Source: Candidatus Omnitrophota bacterium
GTDB taxonomy: Bacteria > Omnitrophota > Gorgyraeia > Pluralincolimonadales > Pluralincolimonadaceae
Direction: 5' to 3'
Length of the DNA: 25,627 nt
NCBI GenBank assembly: GCA_028706795.1
Contig: JAQTVK010000001.1
Location: 1 to 25,627, forward strand
Under the pieces are notes generated by a model, which was given only the letters and a program-made list of their open reading frames with translations, did no database searches and was not told the origin of the DNA. Shown here piece after piece: positions 6,068 through 14,755 of the stretch (positions within the stretch are counted from its first letter, which is position 1; every line of letters starts with the position of its first letter). Made by a program: the position numbers and the translations under genes.

Positions 6068-8404
6068 ATGACAGGGAAGAGGGATTTTTTCGAGATACCC
6101 GATTGCGCCTGGAGGAGGGGCCTCGGAGACGTGCCTTCGGGCACAGCGAGCTCCTGCCCGGACAGGGGCGTAGCACTCGGAGGGTTCGGCGCCGGCGCGT
6201 TCATGTACAGCATCTCCGGCGCATTCGGCCCGTGGGCGCTCAAATGCGGCTCCTACGACCAGACGTGGCTTTACGAAGGCGCGTTCCATATCTACGAGAA
6301 AGTCGGGAACGGCCCGGCTAAGGTAAAGACTCTCGGGACGAACCCGTCGCTCAAACCGGCATGGGATAAATTGAATAAAGGGGAAGCCGTATATTATGCC
6401 CTCCAGCCCAAGGGATGGGTCACGTACGGCTGCTTTACCCTTGATATTTCGCAGAAGTTCTTCTCCCCGATAATCGCCAATAATTATAAAGAGACGTCTT
6501 ATCCTGTCGCTGTCTGGCAGTTCAAATTTACTAACCCGGCCAAAGAGAGGGCCGAGGCCTCAGTGATGTTCACCTGGCCGCAGCCGCCTTTCAGCGGCCC
6601 CCTGCGCCGGAGCGGGTATAAAAATAACCTCAAGGAAGACGGCGGCGTCACCGGGATAGTTTTAAAGGCCGACCGGCCGGACAATACGCCGGAGACGCAG
6701 AATTCAGAATGGTGTATCGCCTCGAGGGCAGGTAAAGGAGAGAATTTTACATACGCCCTCAGCTGGAATAAAGACGGCGACGGCTCCGAGGTCTGGAGGG
6801 ATTTTAAGGCCGACGGGCTTCTCGATAACAGGCGGCTCGACGGTTCGGATTCGGCCGCGGCCATAGCGGTCAAGGTCTCGCTTGGTCCCGGCGAGTCAAA
6901 GACGGTGCCGGTCGTCCTATCGTGGGATTTCCCGGTCGTGAAATTCGGCGACCCGTGCGTCACCGGTACCGAATGGTGGAGGAAGTATACCGAATATTTC
7001 GGGCGGGATTCCGCGCAGTCCTTTAATATCGCGAAAGAGGCACTCGCGAATTACCCGGATTGGGAGAAGAAGATCGACGCGTGGATGAACCCCGTCATAA
7101 AGAACAAAAAATATCCGGCCTGGCTTAAGACCGCGGCTTTCAACGAATTGTATTATACCCAGTTCGGCGGGACGTTCTACGAATCCGGGCTTAAGTCCGG
7201 CCACGACCGGGAATATATGGGGCTCCACGAGGATGACCATAAGTTCTTCGTCATGGAATCGATCGGGTACCCGTTCTGCGAGACTTTCGACGTCAGACAT
7301 TACTGCTCGATATTGATGCTAAAATTCTGGCCGGAGATAGAACGGGACATACTGAGGTGTTTCGCCGACGGGATCATGCATTATGACGGCTTGCACCAGA
7401 CGCCGCACGACTTCGGCGTGCCGACCGGCGACCCGTTCTTTAAATTCGACGCCTACGGGACGAACAAATTGCACTGGAAGGACCTGCACGCCAAGTTCAT
7501 CCAACAGGTCGCCAGGTATTATTATGTCCGCGAGGACAGGGAGTTCCTCGACTACTGCTGGACGGCGGTGAAGATGACCTACGATTACATGAAATCCCAG
7601 GACACGGACGGCGACGGGCTGCCGAATAACAACGGCTCGGACAACACCTACGACGCCTGGGGCTTATACGGCACCAGCCTCCTGTGCGGCGGGCTCTGGA
7701 TCGGCGCGCTCGAAGCGATAGCAAAGCTCGCGCATGTCCAACGCGACCCGATACTCAAGGAAGCTCTTGCCCTTCTTGATAAGGCGAGGACGAATCTCGA
7801 CAAGCAGCTGTGGAATGAAGCGGGGCAATATTACAGGATGGATACCGCCGGAAAGAATTCCGACGCCATAATGGCCGACGGGTTGAACGGCCAGAGATTC
7901 TGCGAGACAACAGAACTACCCGATATACTTCCGCGCGAACGCATGGTCAAATACCTGAAGAAAGTCTATGAGATGTGCGTCGCGCCGCTAAGCGATTTTA
8001 ACGGCGACGGCGTAGGCGATTGCGGAGCCATTAACAGCAGGAACGCCGACGGAAGCGATATAAATATCAACATGGCCAAGGAAGTCTGGCCCGGTTCCAC
8101 ATATTTTATGGCCGCGACGATGTACCACCTCGGCCTTAAAGAAGAGGCGCTTAAGGCGGCTTACGGCTGCTATTATATCGTCTACGGACACGAACCGAGC
8201 GCCTACTGGTTCAACACCCCCGAAGGATGGCACGACGGCGGCGGTACGCCGCGGCCGGTCAATCCCGAGCAATACCAGCGCGCACGCGCCGTCTGGGAAC
8301 TGCTCCTGGAGATAGACGACCCGTACGAGAATATCCTCAAATCCCTCTTCCGGCGTATAAGGGCAGGCAGCGAAGCTAAACTATTTCAAGGACGAAGCAC
8401 TTAA
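6068..8404 (+). CDS. GH116 family beta-glucosidase / non-lysosomal glucosylceramidase-like protein
   Basis: GVALGGFGAG, FSPIIANNYKETSYPVAV, SWDFP, YPAWLKTAAFNELY, putative nucleophile in VMESIGY, ETFDVRHY, PHDFG, WKDL, DNTYDAW, IMADGL, KEVWPG, TPEGW. No signal peptide. Confidence 0.9.
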   Translation: MTGKRDFFEIPDCAWRRGLGDVPSGTASSCPDRGVALGGFGAGAFMYSISGAFGPWALKCGSYDQTWLYEGAFHIYEKVGNGPAKVKTLGTNPSLKPAWDKLNKGEAVYYALQPKGWVTYGCFTLDISQKFFSPIIANNYKETSYPVAVWQFKFTNPAKERAEASVMFTWPQPPFSGPLRRSGYKNNLKEDGGVTGIVLKADRPDNTPETQNSEWCIASRAGKGENFTYALSWNKDGDGSEVWRDFKADGLLDNRRLDGSDSAAAIAVKVSLGPGESKTVPVVLSWDFPVVKFGDPCVTGTEWWRKYTEYFGRDSAQSFNIAKEALANYPDWEKKIDAWMNPVIKNKKYPAWLKTAAFNELYYTQFGGTFYESGLKSGHDREYMGLHEDDHKFFVMESIGYPFCETFDVRHYCSILMLKFWPEIERDILRCFADGIMHYDGLHQTPHDFGVPTGDPFFKFDAYGTNKLHWKDLHAKFIQQVARYYYVREDREFLDYCWTAVKMTYDYMKSQDTDGDGLPNNNGSDNTYDAWGLYGTSLLCGGLWIGALEAIAKLAHVQRDPILKEALALLDKARTNLDKQLWNEAGQYYRMDTAGKNSDAIMADGLNGQRFCETTELPDILPRERMVKYLKKVYEMCVAPLSDFNGDGVGDCGAINSRNADGSDININMAKEVWPGSTYFMAATMYHLGLKEEALKAAYGCYYIVYGHEPSAYWFNTPEGWHDGGGTPRPVNPEQYQRARAVWELLLEIDDPYENILKSLFRRIRAGSEAKLFQGRST

Positions 8405-9542
8405 GGTAATTCGATTCGGGGAAGTTGAGCAGGATGGGGTGGTCGGCAGGCTGGATGCGTTTCTCTACGAGGCGCGCGCGCCTGCGGGATTCAAACAAGG
8501 ACTCTTCAAGGATCTCCATGAATTGCCCTTCCGAAAGGTTATAGGAACACGAGCAGGTCATAAGGTGCCCGCCTCTCTTCAATAATTTCATAGCCCTGAA
8601 ATTTATGTCGATATAGCCGCGCGCCGCGGACTGTATGTCTTTCTTTGATTTCGCGAATGCGGGAGGATCGAGTACGATGAAATCGAACTGCCTTTCTTCC
8701 TTCTGGAATGATTTTAACGTCTCGGAGACCTTGCCCTCGACCGTCCTGATTTTCGCCAAGCCGTTTAGTTCCGCGTTCTGCTTTAACGCCTCGAGCGCCG
8801 GGCCCGAGGAATCGACCGCGGTCACTTCGTCTGCCGAGAGCGCCATATGCAGGGAGAAGAGGCCCTGGTACGAGAAGCAATCGAGCGCCTTGCCCCTGGA
8901 ATATCTTTCCGAGGCGATATGGTTCTCGCGCTGGTCGAGATACGCGCCGGTCTTCTGGCCGTTCATTATGTCGACAAGGTATTTTATATTACCCTCGCCG
9001 ACCTCTGCCTTTTCCGGCGGCGTGCCGTAAAGGACCTCTTTCTTCTCTTCGAGGCCCTCGAATTTCCTCATAGCCGAATCGTTCCTGGCTACGACAGATG
9101 CCGGCTTAAGCAGGTCTTTCAGGGCTTCAACGATGGTATCTTTTATAGTGTCCATACCGAGGGATAACGTCTGTATGGACAGGTGCTCGCCGTATTTATC
9201 CACGATGAGCGAAGGCAGGCCGTCGGCCTCGGAATGGACAATGCGGTATGCATCGGCGTCCTTTACGGTTTTTTTCCTGTATTCAATACATCCGGAGAGG
9301 CGGCTGCGCCAGAACCCCGCGTCGACAGGCACGTCATCATAAGTGATCATCCGCAGGGCGATCTTCGACCGTTCGTTATAGAAGGCCTTCGCAAGGAAAT
9401 TACCGTTGTTGTCCAAGAGGGAAACTATCGTGCCGGAGAGGGAAGGGTCGCCTCTCTCGAGGTCGTCCTTATATATCCACGGGTGGCCGGTGCGGAACCA
9501 TGCTGCGCCTTTTCTTGTGACCTTCAGGGACGGGTTTGACAT
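8376..9542 (-). CDS. rlmI: RlmI-family class I SAM-dependent rRNA methyltransferase (PUA domain)
   Basis: N-terminal GHPWIYKDD (PUA), YRIVHSEADGLPSLIVDKY, GQKTGAYLDQREN, DCFSYQGLFS, IVLDPPAF, TCSCS, DHP...YLK. Confidence 0.88.
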   Translation of the reverse strand: MSNPSLKVTRKGAAWFRTGHPWIYKDDLERGDPSLSGTIVSLLDNNGNFLAKAFYNERSKIALRMITYDDVPVDAGFWRSRLSGCIEYRKKTVKDADAYRIVHSEADGLPSLIVDKYGEHLSIQTLSLGMDTIKDTIVEALKDLLKPASVVARNDSAMRKFEGLEEKKEVLYGTPPEKAEVGEGNIKYLVDIMNGQKTGAYLDQRENHIASERYSRGKALDCFSYQGLFSLHMALSADEVTAVDSSGPALEALKQNAELNGLAKIRTVEGKVSETLKSFQKEERQFDFIVLDPPAFAKSKKDIQSAARGYIDINFRAMKLLKRGGHLMTCSCSYNLSEGQFMEILEESLFESRRRARLVEKRIQPADHPILLNFPESNYLKCFVLEIV

Positions 9543-9548
9543 AGATTG

Positions 9549-9578
9549 ATTCTAACAGGCGCTATACTTGAATGTCAA
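9549..9578 (-). promoter_or_regulatory. Sigma70 promoter for the rlmI-like gene
   Basis: On the minus strand: TTGACA (9578-9573), 18-nt spacer, extended -10 TGt-TAGAAT (9554-9549). Confidence 0.7.
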
Positions 9579-9599
9579 CCCTTCGCTTCGCTCAGGATG
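9579..9599. repeat. Solitary REP-like half element CCCTTCGCTTCGCTCAGGATG
   Basis: By recall it resembles widespread extragenic palindrome units of the type (GAT)CCTTCGCTTCGCTCAGGATGAC. There is one copy in this window. Confidence 0.45.
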
Positions 9600-9607
9600 G
9601 CCATTAT

Positions 9608-9638
9608 TTGATATGGCGGGGGCACATTGTGATATAAT
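9608..9638 (+). promoter_or_regulatory. Putative extended -10 promoter for the MFS gene
   Basis: TGa-TATAAT (9630-9638) is a perfect extended -10. TTGATA at 9608-9613 is a possible -35 with a long 19-nt spacer. Confidence 0.6.
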
Positions 9639-9647
9639 ATCGCCGAC

Positions 9648-10955
9648 ATGGAAAAGAAAGGGAAGATAAGGCAAAGCCTCAGGAATTCCTTCATAGACGG
9701 CGCATTCTGCTCGGCGATGATAGGTTTTGTCGACCAGTATATAACGCCGTTCGCAGTCGCGCTTAAGGCGACGAGCGAGCAGATAGGCATGCTTACCGCT
9801 TTCCCGAACCTCGTCGCTTCACTGATACAGCTCAAATCGGCGGACGTTACCGAACACCTCAAGAGCCGCATGAGGATTATAAGGATATTCGTATTCTTCC
9901 ACGCCTTTATGTTCCTTCCCATCTTGCTTATACCGCTCATTTTTACCACTAACAGGGCGTTATGGCTTATCCTCTTTGTCACGATGGCGGCCTCTTTCAA
10001 CGCGTTCCCGGGCCCGGCATGGACGAGCCTGATGGCCGACCATCTTCCAGCGCGCAGCAGGGGAAAGTATTTCGGCTGGAGGAACAGGCTGTTGGGCATG
10101 ATCACCGTGGCGTGCGCGTTCCTCGCGGGTTTTATCCTCAACATCTTCGGCAAGGACAAACTCTACGGTTTCATGGTGATACTCGGGCTTGCTTTTGTGT
10201 CGCGGTTCATATCGTGGTATTTCCTGAGCAAGATGTACGAGCCGCCGATAAAGGTCACAAGAGAGCACTATTTCACGTTCTGGGATTTCATAAAAAGGAC
10301 GAAGCAATCGAATTTCGCGAAGTTCGTCATATATGTCGCCAGCATCAGTTTCGCCCAGAATATCTCGGGGCCGTTCTTTGCGGTCTATATGATCAGGGAC
10401 CTCAACCTAAGTTACGGCATGTACACCATCATAGTGACGTCCTCGACCATAGCGACCCTGCTTACCATGGGGATCTGGGGAAGGCATGCCGACGTGGTCG
10501 GCAACATGAAAGTCATAAGGCTCACGTCGTTCTTCATACCGGTCATCCCGGTCTTATGGCTCTTCTCGCATAATGTCTACTATCTTATAATAATCCAGCT
10601 GTTTGCCGGATATGTCTGGGCCGGATTCAACCTCTCGATATTTAATTTCGTATATGACGCGGTCACGCCGGAGAAGAGGACGCGCTGTGTTTCGTATTTT
10701 AATGTCATAAACGGGACAGCGATATGCTGCGGCGCCTTGTTGGGAGGTTTCCTTGCGAAGAGCCTGCCGCCGATATCCGGCCAGCGGCTGTTGACCTTAT
10801 TTTTGCTTTCGGGCGTCCTGCGTGCCGTATTTTCCGCGACTATGCTTCCCATGATAAAGGAGGTCAGGCGTGTGGAAAAGATCAGCAGTCTCGATCTCTT
10901 CTTCAGTATCACCCGGTTGCGCCCGATAGAGGTAGAGGGCGAAAAAGATATTTAG
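9648..10955 (+). CDS. Major facilitator superfamily transporter, substrate unknown
   Basis: About 12 hydrophobic segments in two 6-TM halves; MFS-like loops WTSLMADHLPARSRGKYFG, WGRHADVVG and YDAVTPEKR. Confidence 0.88.
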   Translation: MEKKGKIRQSLRNSFIDGAFCSAMIGFVDQYITPFAVALKATSEQIGMLTAFPNLVASLIQLKSADVTEHLKSRMRIIRIFVFFHAFMFLPILLIPLIFTTNRALWLILFVTMAASFNAFPGPAWTSLMADHLPARSRGKYFGWRNRLLGMITVACAFLAGFILNIFGKDKLYGFMVILGLAFVSRFISWYFLSKMYEPPIKVTREHYFTFWDFIKRTKQSNFAKFVIYVASISFAQNISGPFFAVYMIRDLNLSYGMYTIIVTSSTIATLLTMGIWGRHADVVGNMKVIRLTSFFIPVIPVLWLFSHNVYYLIIIQLFAGYVWAGFNLSIFNFVYDAVTPEKRTRCVSYFNVINGTAICCGALLGGFLAKSLPPISGQRLLTLFLLSGVLRAVFSATMLPMIKEVRRVEKISSLDLFFSITRLRPIEVEGEKDI

Positions 10956-10960
10956 CCCCG

Positions 10961-10989
10961 TTGACTTTTGCATAGGCATGGTCTAATAT
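10961..10989 (+). promoter_or_regulatory. Putative sigma70 promoter for the DUF151-GH133-HK-RR run
   Basis: TTGACT (10961-10966), 17-nt spacer, TAATAT (10984-10989). SD AGGAG (10996-11000) lies before the ATG at 11009. Confidence 0.55.
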
Positions 10990-11008
10990 TGTAGCAGGAG
11001 AACGCGCG

Positions 11009-11524
11009 ATGAAACTCGCCAAGATATACTCATTGATATTCATCCCTCCTTTAGCGCAGTATGTCGTCACTTTGGAAGAAGTGGACGGCTCGAGGCTTAT
11101 ACCCATATGGATAGGAGTGAGCGAGGGAACATCGATCGTGATGGTCCTCGAGGGCGGGAAATTCAAAAGGCCGCTGACGCACGACCTTACCATAAACCTC
11201 ATCAAGGCGCTCGGCGGCTCGCTCGAGAAAGTCATCATAAGTGACCTGAAGGATAACGCCTATTATGCCACCATCATCTTAAGGCAGGGTGATAAGGCGC
11301 TTGAGATAGATTCGCGGCCGTCCGACGCCATAGCCCTGGCCGTGAGGACCGGCGCCCCGGTATTTATCGACGAGAAGGTTCTCGGTCTCTGTCCGGTCAT
11401 AAACAAGCCCATTAGCGAAGATGAGGTGAAAAATTTCGAGAAAGAAATAGAGAGCCTGCGGCCGGAAGAGTTCTTCAAGAAGCTGGACGCCGAAGGCGGG
11501 AAGTCGAAAGGCGGGCTGGAATAA
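11009..11524 (+). CDS. Bifunctional nuclease family protein (DUF151)
   Basis: LIPIWIGVSEG, RPLTHDL, YYATIIL, IDSRPSDAIALAVRTGAPVF; acidic amphipathic tail EDEVKNFEKEIESLRPEEF; no UVR domain. Confidence 0.9.
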   Translation: MKLAKIYSLIFIPPLAQYVVTLEEVDGSRLIPIWIGVSEGTSIVMVLEGGKFKRPLTHDLTINLIKALGGSLEKVIISDLKDNAYYATIILRQGDKALEIDSRPSDAIALAVRTGAPVFIDEKVLGLCPVINKPISEDEVKNFEKEIESLRPEEFFKKLDAEGGKSKGGLE

Positions 11525-11525
11525 G

Positions 11526-13538
11526 ATGATAGTGACGAAGGACGCCGCAAGGGAAATATCGCCGTCTATCGACGAAACCATCCGTTTCGGTAAGGAAGTG
11601 TGCGGCGATTTCCAGGCCGCCTCATCCAGGGAATGGATAGAGACGAACGGCCTCGGCGGTTACGCGTCATCGACCATAATCGGGACCAACACCCGACGTT
11701 ATCACGGTTTGCTCGTGGCAGCGGTAGGGCCTTCGCTCGCGCGCATGGTAGTCCTGTCAAAACTTGAAGAGACCCTTGTACTGAAAGACGGCAGCCGGTA
11801 TAACCTATCCTGCAACAATTACCCCGGCGGCATAACCCATCCCGAAGGCTACAGGTATCTCGAGGAGTTCAGGCTGGACCCGTTCCCGGTATTTACCTAC
11901 AAGGCCGGGGATGTGACTATAGAGAAGGCCGTCTTCATGGTCCACGGCGAGAATACGACCGTGATCACTTATAAGGTGCTGAAATCTCCGGGTTATCTCG
12001 AGCTTTTGCTGCAACCGCTTATCGCAGCGCGCGATTACCACTGGGTATCGATGGAGAACTCAGGCTTCGACAGGTCGGTCGAATGCCTGGACGGGTATAT
12101 CAAGATGAAGCCGTACGGCGAGTCGCCGATAATTTACCTGGCCAATAACGCAGACAGGTTCGAGCGGACGGGATATTGGTACAAGTCCTTCGAGTACCAG
12201 CGCGAAAAGGAGAGGGGTCTCGAATACCACGAGGACCTGTACAGCCCCGGCGAACTCGGCTTCCTGGTCAAGGAAGGGGATAAGGCTTATATCGTCGCCT
12301 CTACCGAGGGACGCAAGATGCGCTCGCTCGAGGTCCTCGAGTCGAGCGAGGTCCTGAGGCACAGCGAGATCTCAGCCGCGGTCAACCTGAAGGATGATTT
12401 TGCGGTGCGGCTGGCGAACGCGTCCGACTCGTTCCTGATAAAGAGGGCGGACGGCCTGTCGACGGTAGTCGCGGGCTACCACTGGTTCTGGGATTGGGGC
12501 AGGGACGCCCTTATATCGCTTCCCGGGTTGACCCTTACCCTCGGAAGGTACGACGAGGCGAAAGATATCCTGCTGGCGTTCGCGAAATATTGCGACGAAG
12601 GGATGATACCCAATAGGTTCCCGGAGAAGGCGAAAGAGCCCGAATATAACAGCGTCGATTCGTCCCTATGGTTCTTCTGGGCGATACACAAATTCCTCGA
12701 ATATACCGGCGATTACGATTTCATCGAATCGAATATGCTCGACTGCCTCGAAGAGATAATACAGTTCTACATAAACGGGACGCGCTACGGCATAAAGATG
12801 GACAGGGACGGGCTTATCGCCACCGAAGATACGGACACGCAGCTCACATGGATGGACGCGAAGATCGGGGGATGGGTAGTGACGCCCAGGAACGGCAAGG
12901 CCGTAGAGGTCAACGCGCTGTGGTATAACGCGTTGAAGATAATGGAAGATATATGCGAGAAGCTCAACCTCAGGTACCGGCACGAATGCGCGCGGCTCGC
13001 CAACCTTACGAAAAAAAGTTTTGAGATAGTCTTCTGGAACGAGGCCGGGGGCTACCTGTATGACTGCGTTAATGAAGGAGGGCCGGATGCTTCGTTGCGC
13101 CCTAACCAGATATTTTCCCTCAGCCTCCCGTACCGGCTGATCGGGAGAGAGAAGGAAAAGAGGGTCATCGATGTGGTGGGGAAAGAGCTACTCACGCCTT
13201 ACGGCTTGCGCTCGCTCTCGCCGAACGACAGGAATTACCGCGGCGTATATTCCGGGGACCAGCGCATGCGCGACGCCTGTTATCATCAGGGCACGGTATG
13301 GCCGTGGCTATTAGGGCATTTTATCACCGCCTACCTTAACGTCTACGGCAGGAATAAGAACACGAGACGTGAAGCGAGGAGATTTTTAGCGCCTCTCGCG
13401 GAACACATCAAAGACGCCGGCCTCGGGACGGTATCCGAGATCTTTGACGGCGACCCGCCCTATAATCCGAGGGGGGCCATATCGCAGGCGTGGAGCGTGG
13501 CCGAGATATTGAGGGTATATAAGGAAGAACTGCAATGA
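11526..13538 (+). CDS. Glycogen debranching enzyme / amylo-alpha-1,6-glucosidase (GDE_N + GDE_C, GH133-like)
   Basis: REWIETNGLGGYASST, TRRYHGLL, AGYHWFWDWGRD, GMIPNRFP, WMDAK, RNGKAVEVNALWYNAL, LRPNQ, YHQGTVWPWL, SEIFDG, QAWSVAE. Confidence 0.92.
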   Translation: MIVTKDAAREISPSIDETIRFGKEVCGDFQAASSREWIETNGLGGYASSTIIGTNTRRYHGLLVAAVGPSLARMVVLSKLEETLVLKDGSRYNLSCNNYPGGITHPEGYRYLEEFRLDPFPVFTYKAGDVTIEKAVFMVHGENTTVITYKVLKSPGYLELLLQPLIAARDYHWVSMENSGFDRSVECLDGYIKMKPYGESPIIYLANNADRFERTGYWYKSFEYQREKERGLEYHEDLYSPGELGFLVKEGDKAYIVASTEGRKMRSLEVLESSEVLRHSEISAAVNLKDDFAVRLANASDSFLIKRADGLSTVVAGYHWFWDWGRDALISLPGLTLTLGRYDEAKDILLAFAKYCDEGMIPNRFPEKAKEPEYNSVDSSLWFFWAIHKFLEYTGDYDFIESNMLDCLEEIIQFYINGTRYGIKMDRDGLIATEDTDTQLTWMDAKIGGWVVTPRNGKAVEVNALWYNALKIMEDICEKLNLRYRHECARLANLTKKSFEIVFWNEAGGYLYDCVNEGGPDASLRPNQIFSLSLPYRLIGREKEKRVIDVVGKELLTPYGLRSLSPNDRNYRGVYSGDQRMRDACYHQGTVWPWLLGHFITAYLNVYGRNKNTRREARRFLAPLAEHIKDAGLGTVSEIFDGDPPYNPRGAISQAWSVAEILRVYKEELQ

Positions 13539-14740
13539 AATCGGAGAAGCAGATCTTTAATATCGATCCGACGGATTTCGCTTTCGCGCTGGTCAAGTTA
13601 TTGGCCGTTTTCGGCGCGATGATATGGGGATTGTACCATCCGATGTCCCCTAGTGCCAAGCTTTTCTTCCTCATCCTTATCGGGTTCTACTTCGTTTATA
13701 ATTTGGCGCTCTATTTGTGCGTATTCAAGTTCGCCGACAAGGCCCCCAAGATATATTTCTTTGAGCTGCTCGTCGACCTCATCTTCCTAAGCGTAATCGT
13801 GCCGATGACCGGCGGGCTCAATTCGACCTTCACCTTGGGATTTTTCCTCCTCGCCGCCATACATTCATTTTATTACGGCCTCTTCGCCAGTATAGGCATA
13901 GCCCTGCTTGTCTCGGGCGTCTATATTTTTTCCTGCCCGCACTGCCTGACCCAGATCCACTGGACCGATATCTCCCTGCGCGCGGGATTTTTGCTGCTTC
14001 TGGCCGTTACTATGGGGTATCTTTCGGAAAGGGAGAGGAGGATGCACCGCCAGCTCGTCAATGCCGAACAGCTCGCGGCTATGGGGCTGATGTCGTCCCA
14101 GATAGCGCACGCGGTAAGGAACCCCCTCAGCACCATCAGCCTTAGCACCGAGCTCCTTGCCGACGAGATAAAGAAATGCCGGGGGGTCGATACCAGGGAA
14201 GCCGAGACGCTGATAGGTTCCATCATGAGCGAGGTCCAGGAGGTCAACGATGTCGTCGAGGAACATCTCAAATTCATGAGGAAGTCAAAATCCGAATACA
14301 GGAACAGTGACGTAAACGCCCTTCTCGATTCGCTCATAAAGTTCCTGGAAAAAGAAGCGAGCCATAAAGGCATCTCTTTCCTGAAGGAACTCGAGAGAAA
14401 CCTGCCCAACGCCAGGATCGAAGAGAGCAGGCTGCGGCAGATCATGCTGAACATAATGAGGAATTCCTTCGAGGCCATGCCGGCGGGCGGACAGATCAGG
14501 GTCTATACGAAAAAGGAAAAAGATGGCGTCGAGATCACGGTAGAGGATACCGGGGTGGGGATATCCCGGGAAAATCTCAGGAGGGTATTCGAGCCCTTTT
14601 TCACGACAAAGGATGTGGGCACCGGGCTTGGGCTTTATATAGCGCGCGACATGGTCATTACCGCAGGCGGGGGGATATCCTGCGAAAGCAAAGTCAATAA
14701 AGGCACTAAAGTAAAAATAAGATTACCGTTCATGTCTTGA
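13535..14740 (+). CDS. Membrane-bound sensor histidine kinase (about 6 TM, PilS-like N-terminus; HisKA + HATPase_c)
   Basis: ATGA overlap with the GDE gene. Six hydrophobic helices, H-box AHAVRNPL, N-box NIMRNSFEA, G1 EDTGVGI, F-box VFEPFFTTK, G2 GTGLGL. Confidence 0.92.
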   Translation: MKSEKQIFNIDPTDFAFALVKLLAVFGAMIWGLYHPMSPSAKLFFLILIGFYFVYNLALYLCVFKFADKAPKIYFFELLVDLIFLSVIVPMTGGLNSTFTLGFFLLAAIHSFYYGLFASIGIALLVSGVYIFSCPHCLTQIHWTDISLRAGFLLLLAVTMGYLSERERRMHRQLVNAEQLAAMGLMSSQIAHAVRNPLSTISLSTELLADEIKKCRGVDTREAETLIGSIMSEVQEVNDVVEEHLKFMRKSKSEYRNSDVNALLDSLIKFLEKEASHKGISFLKELERNLPNARIEESRLRQIMLNIMRNSFEAMPAGGQIRVYTKKEKDGVEITVEDTGVGISRENLRRVFEPFFTTKDVGTGLGLYIARDMVITAGGGISCESKVNKGTKVKIRLPFMS

Positions 14741-14755
14741 AAAGGAGGCGCTTAA

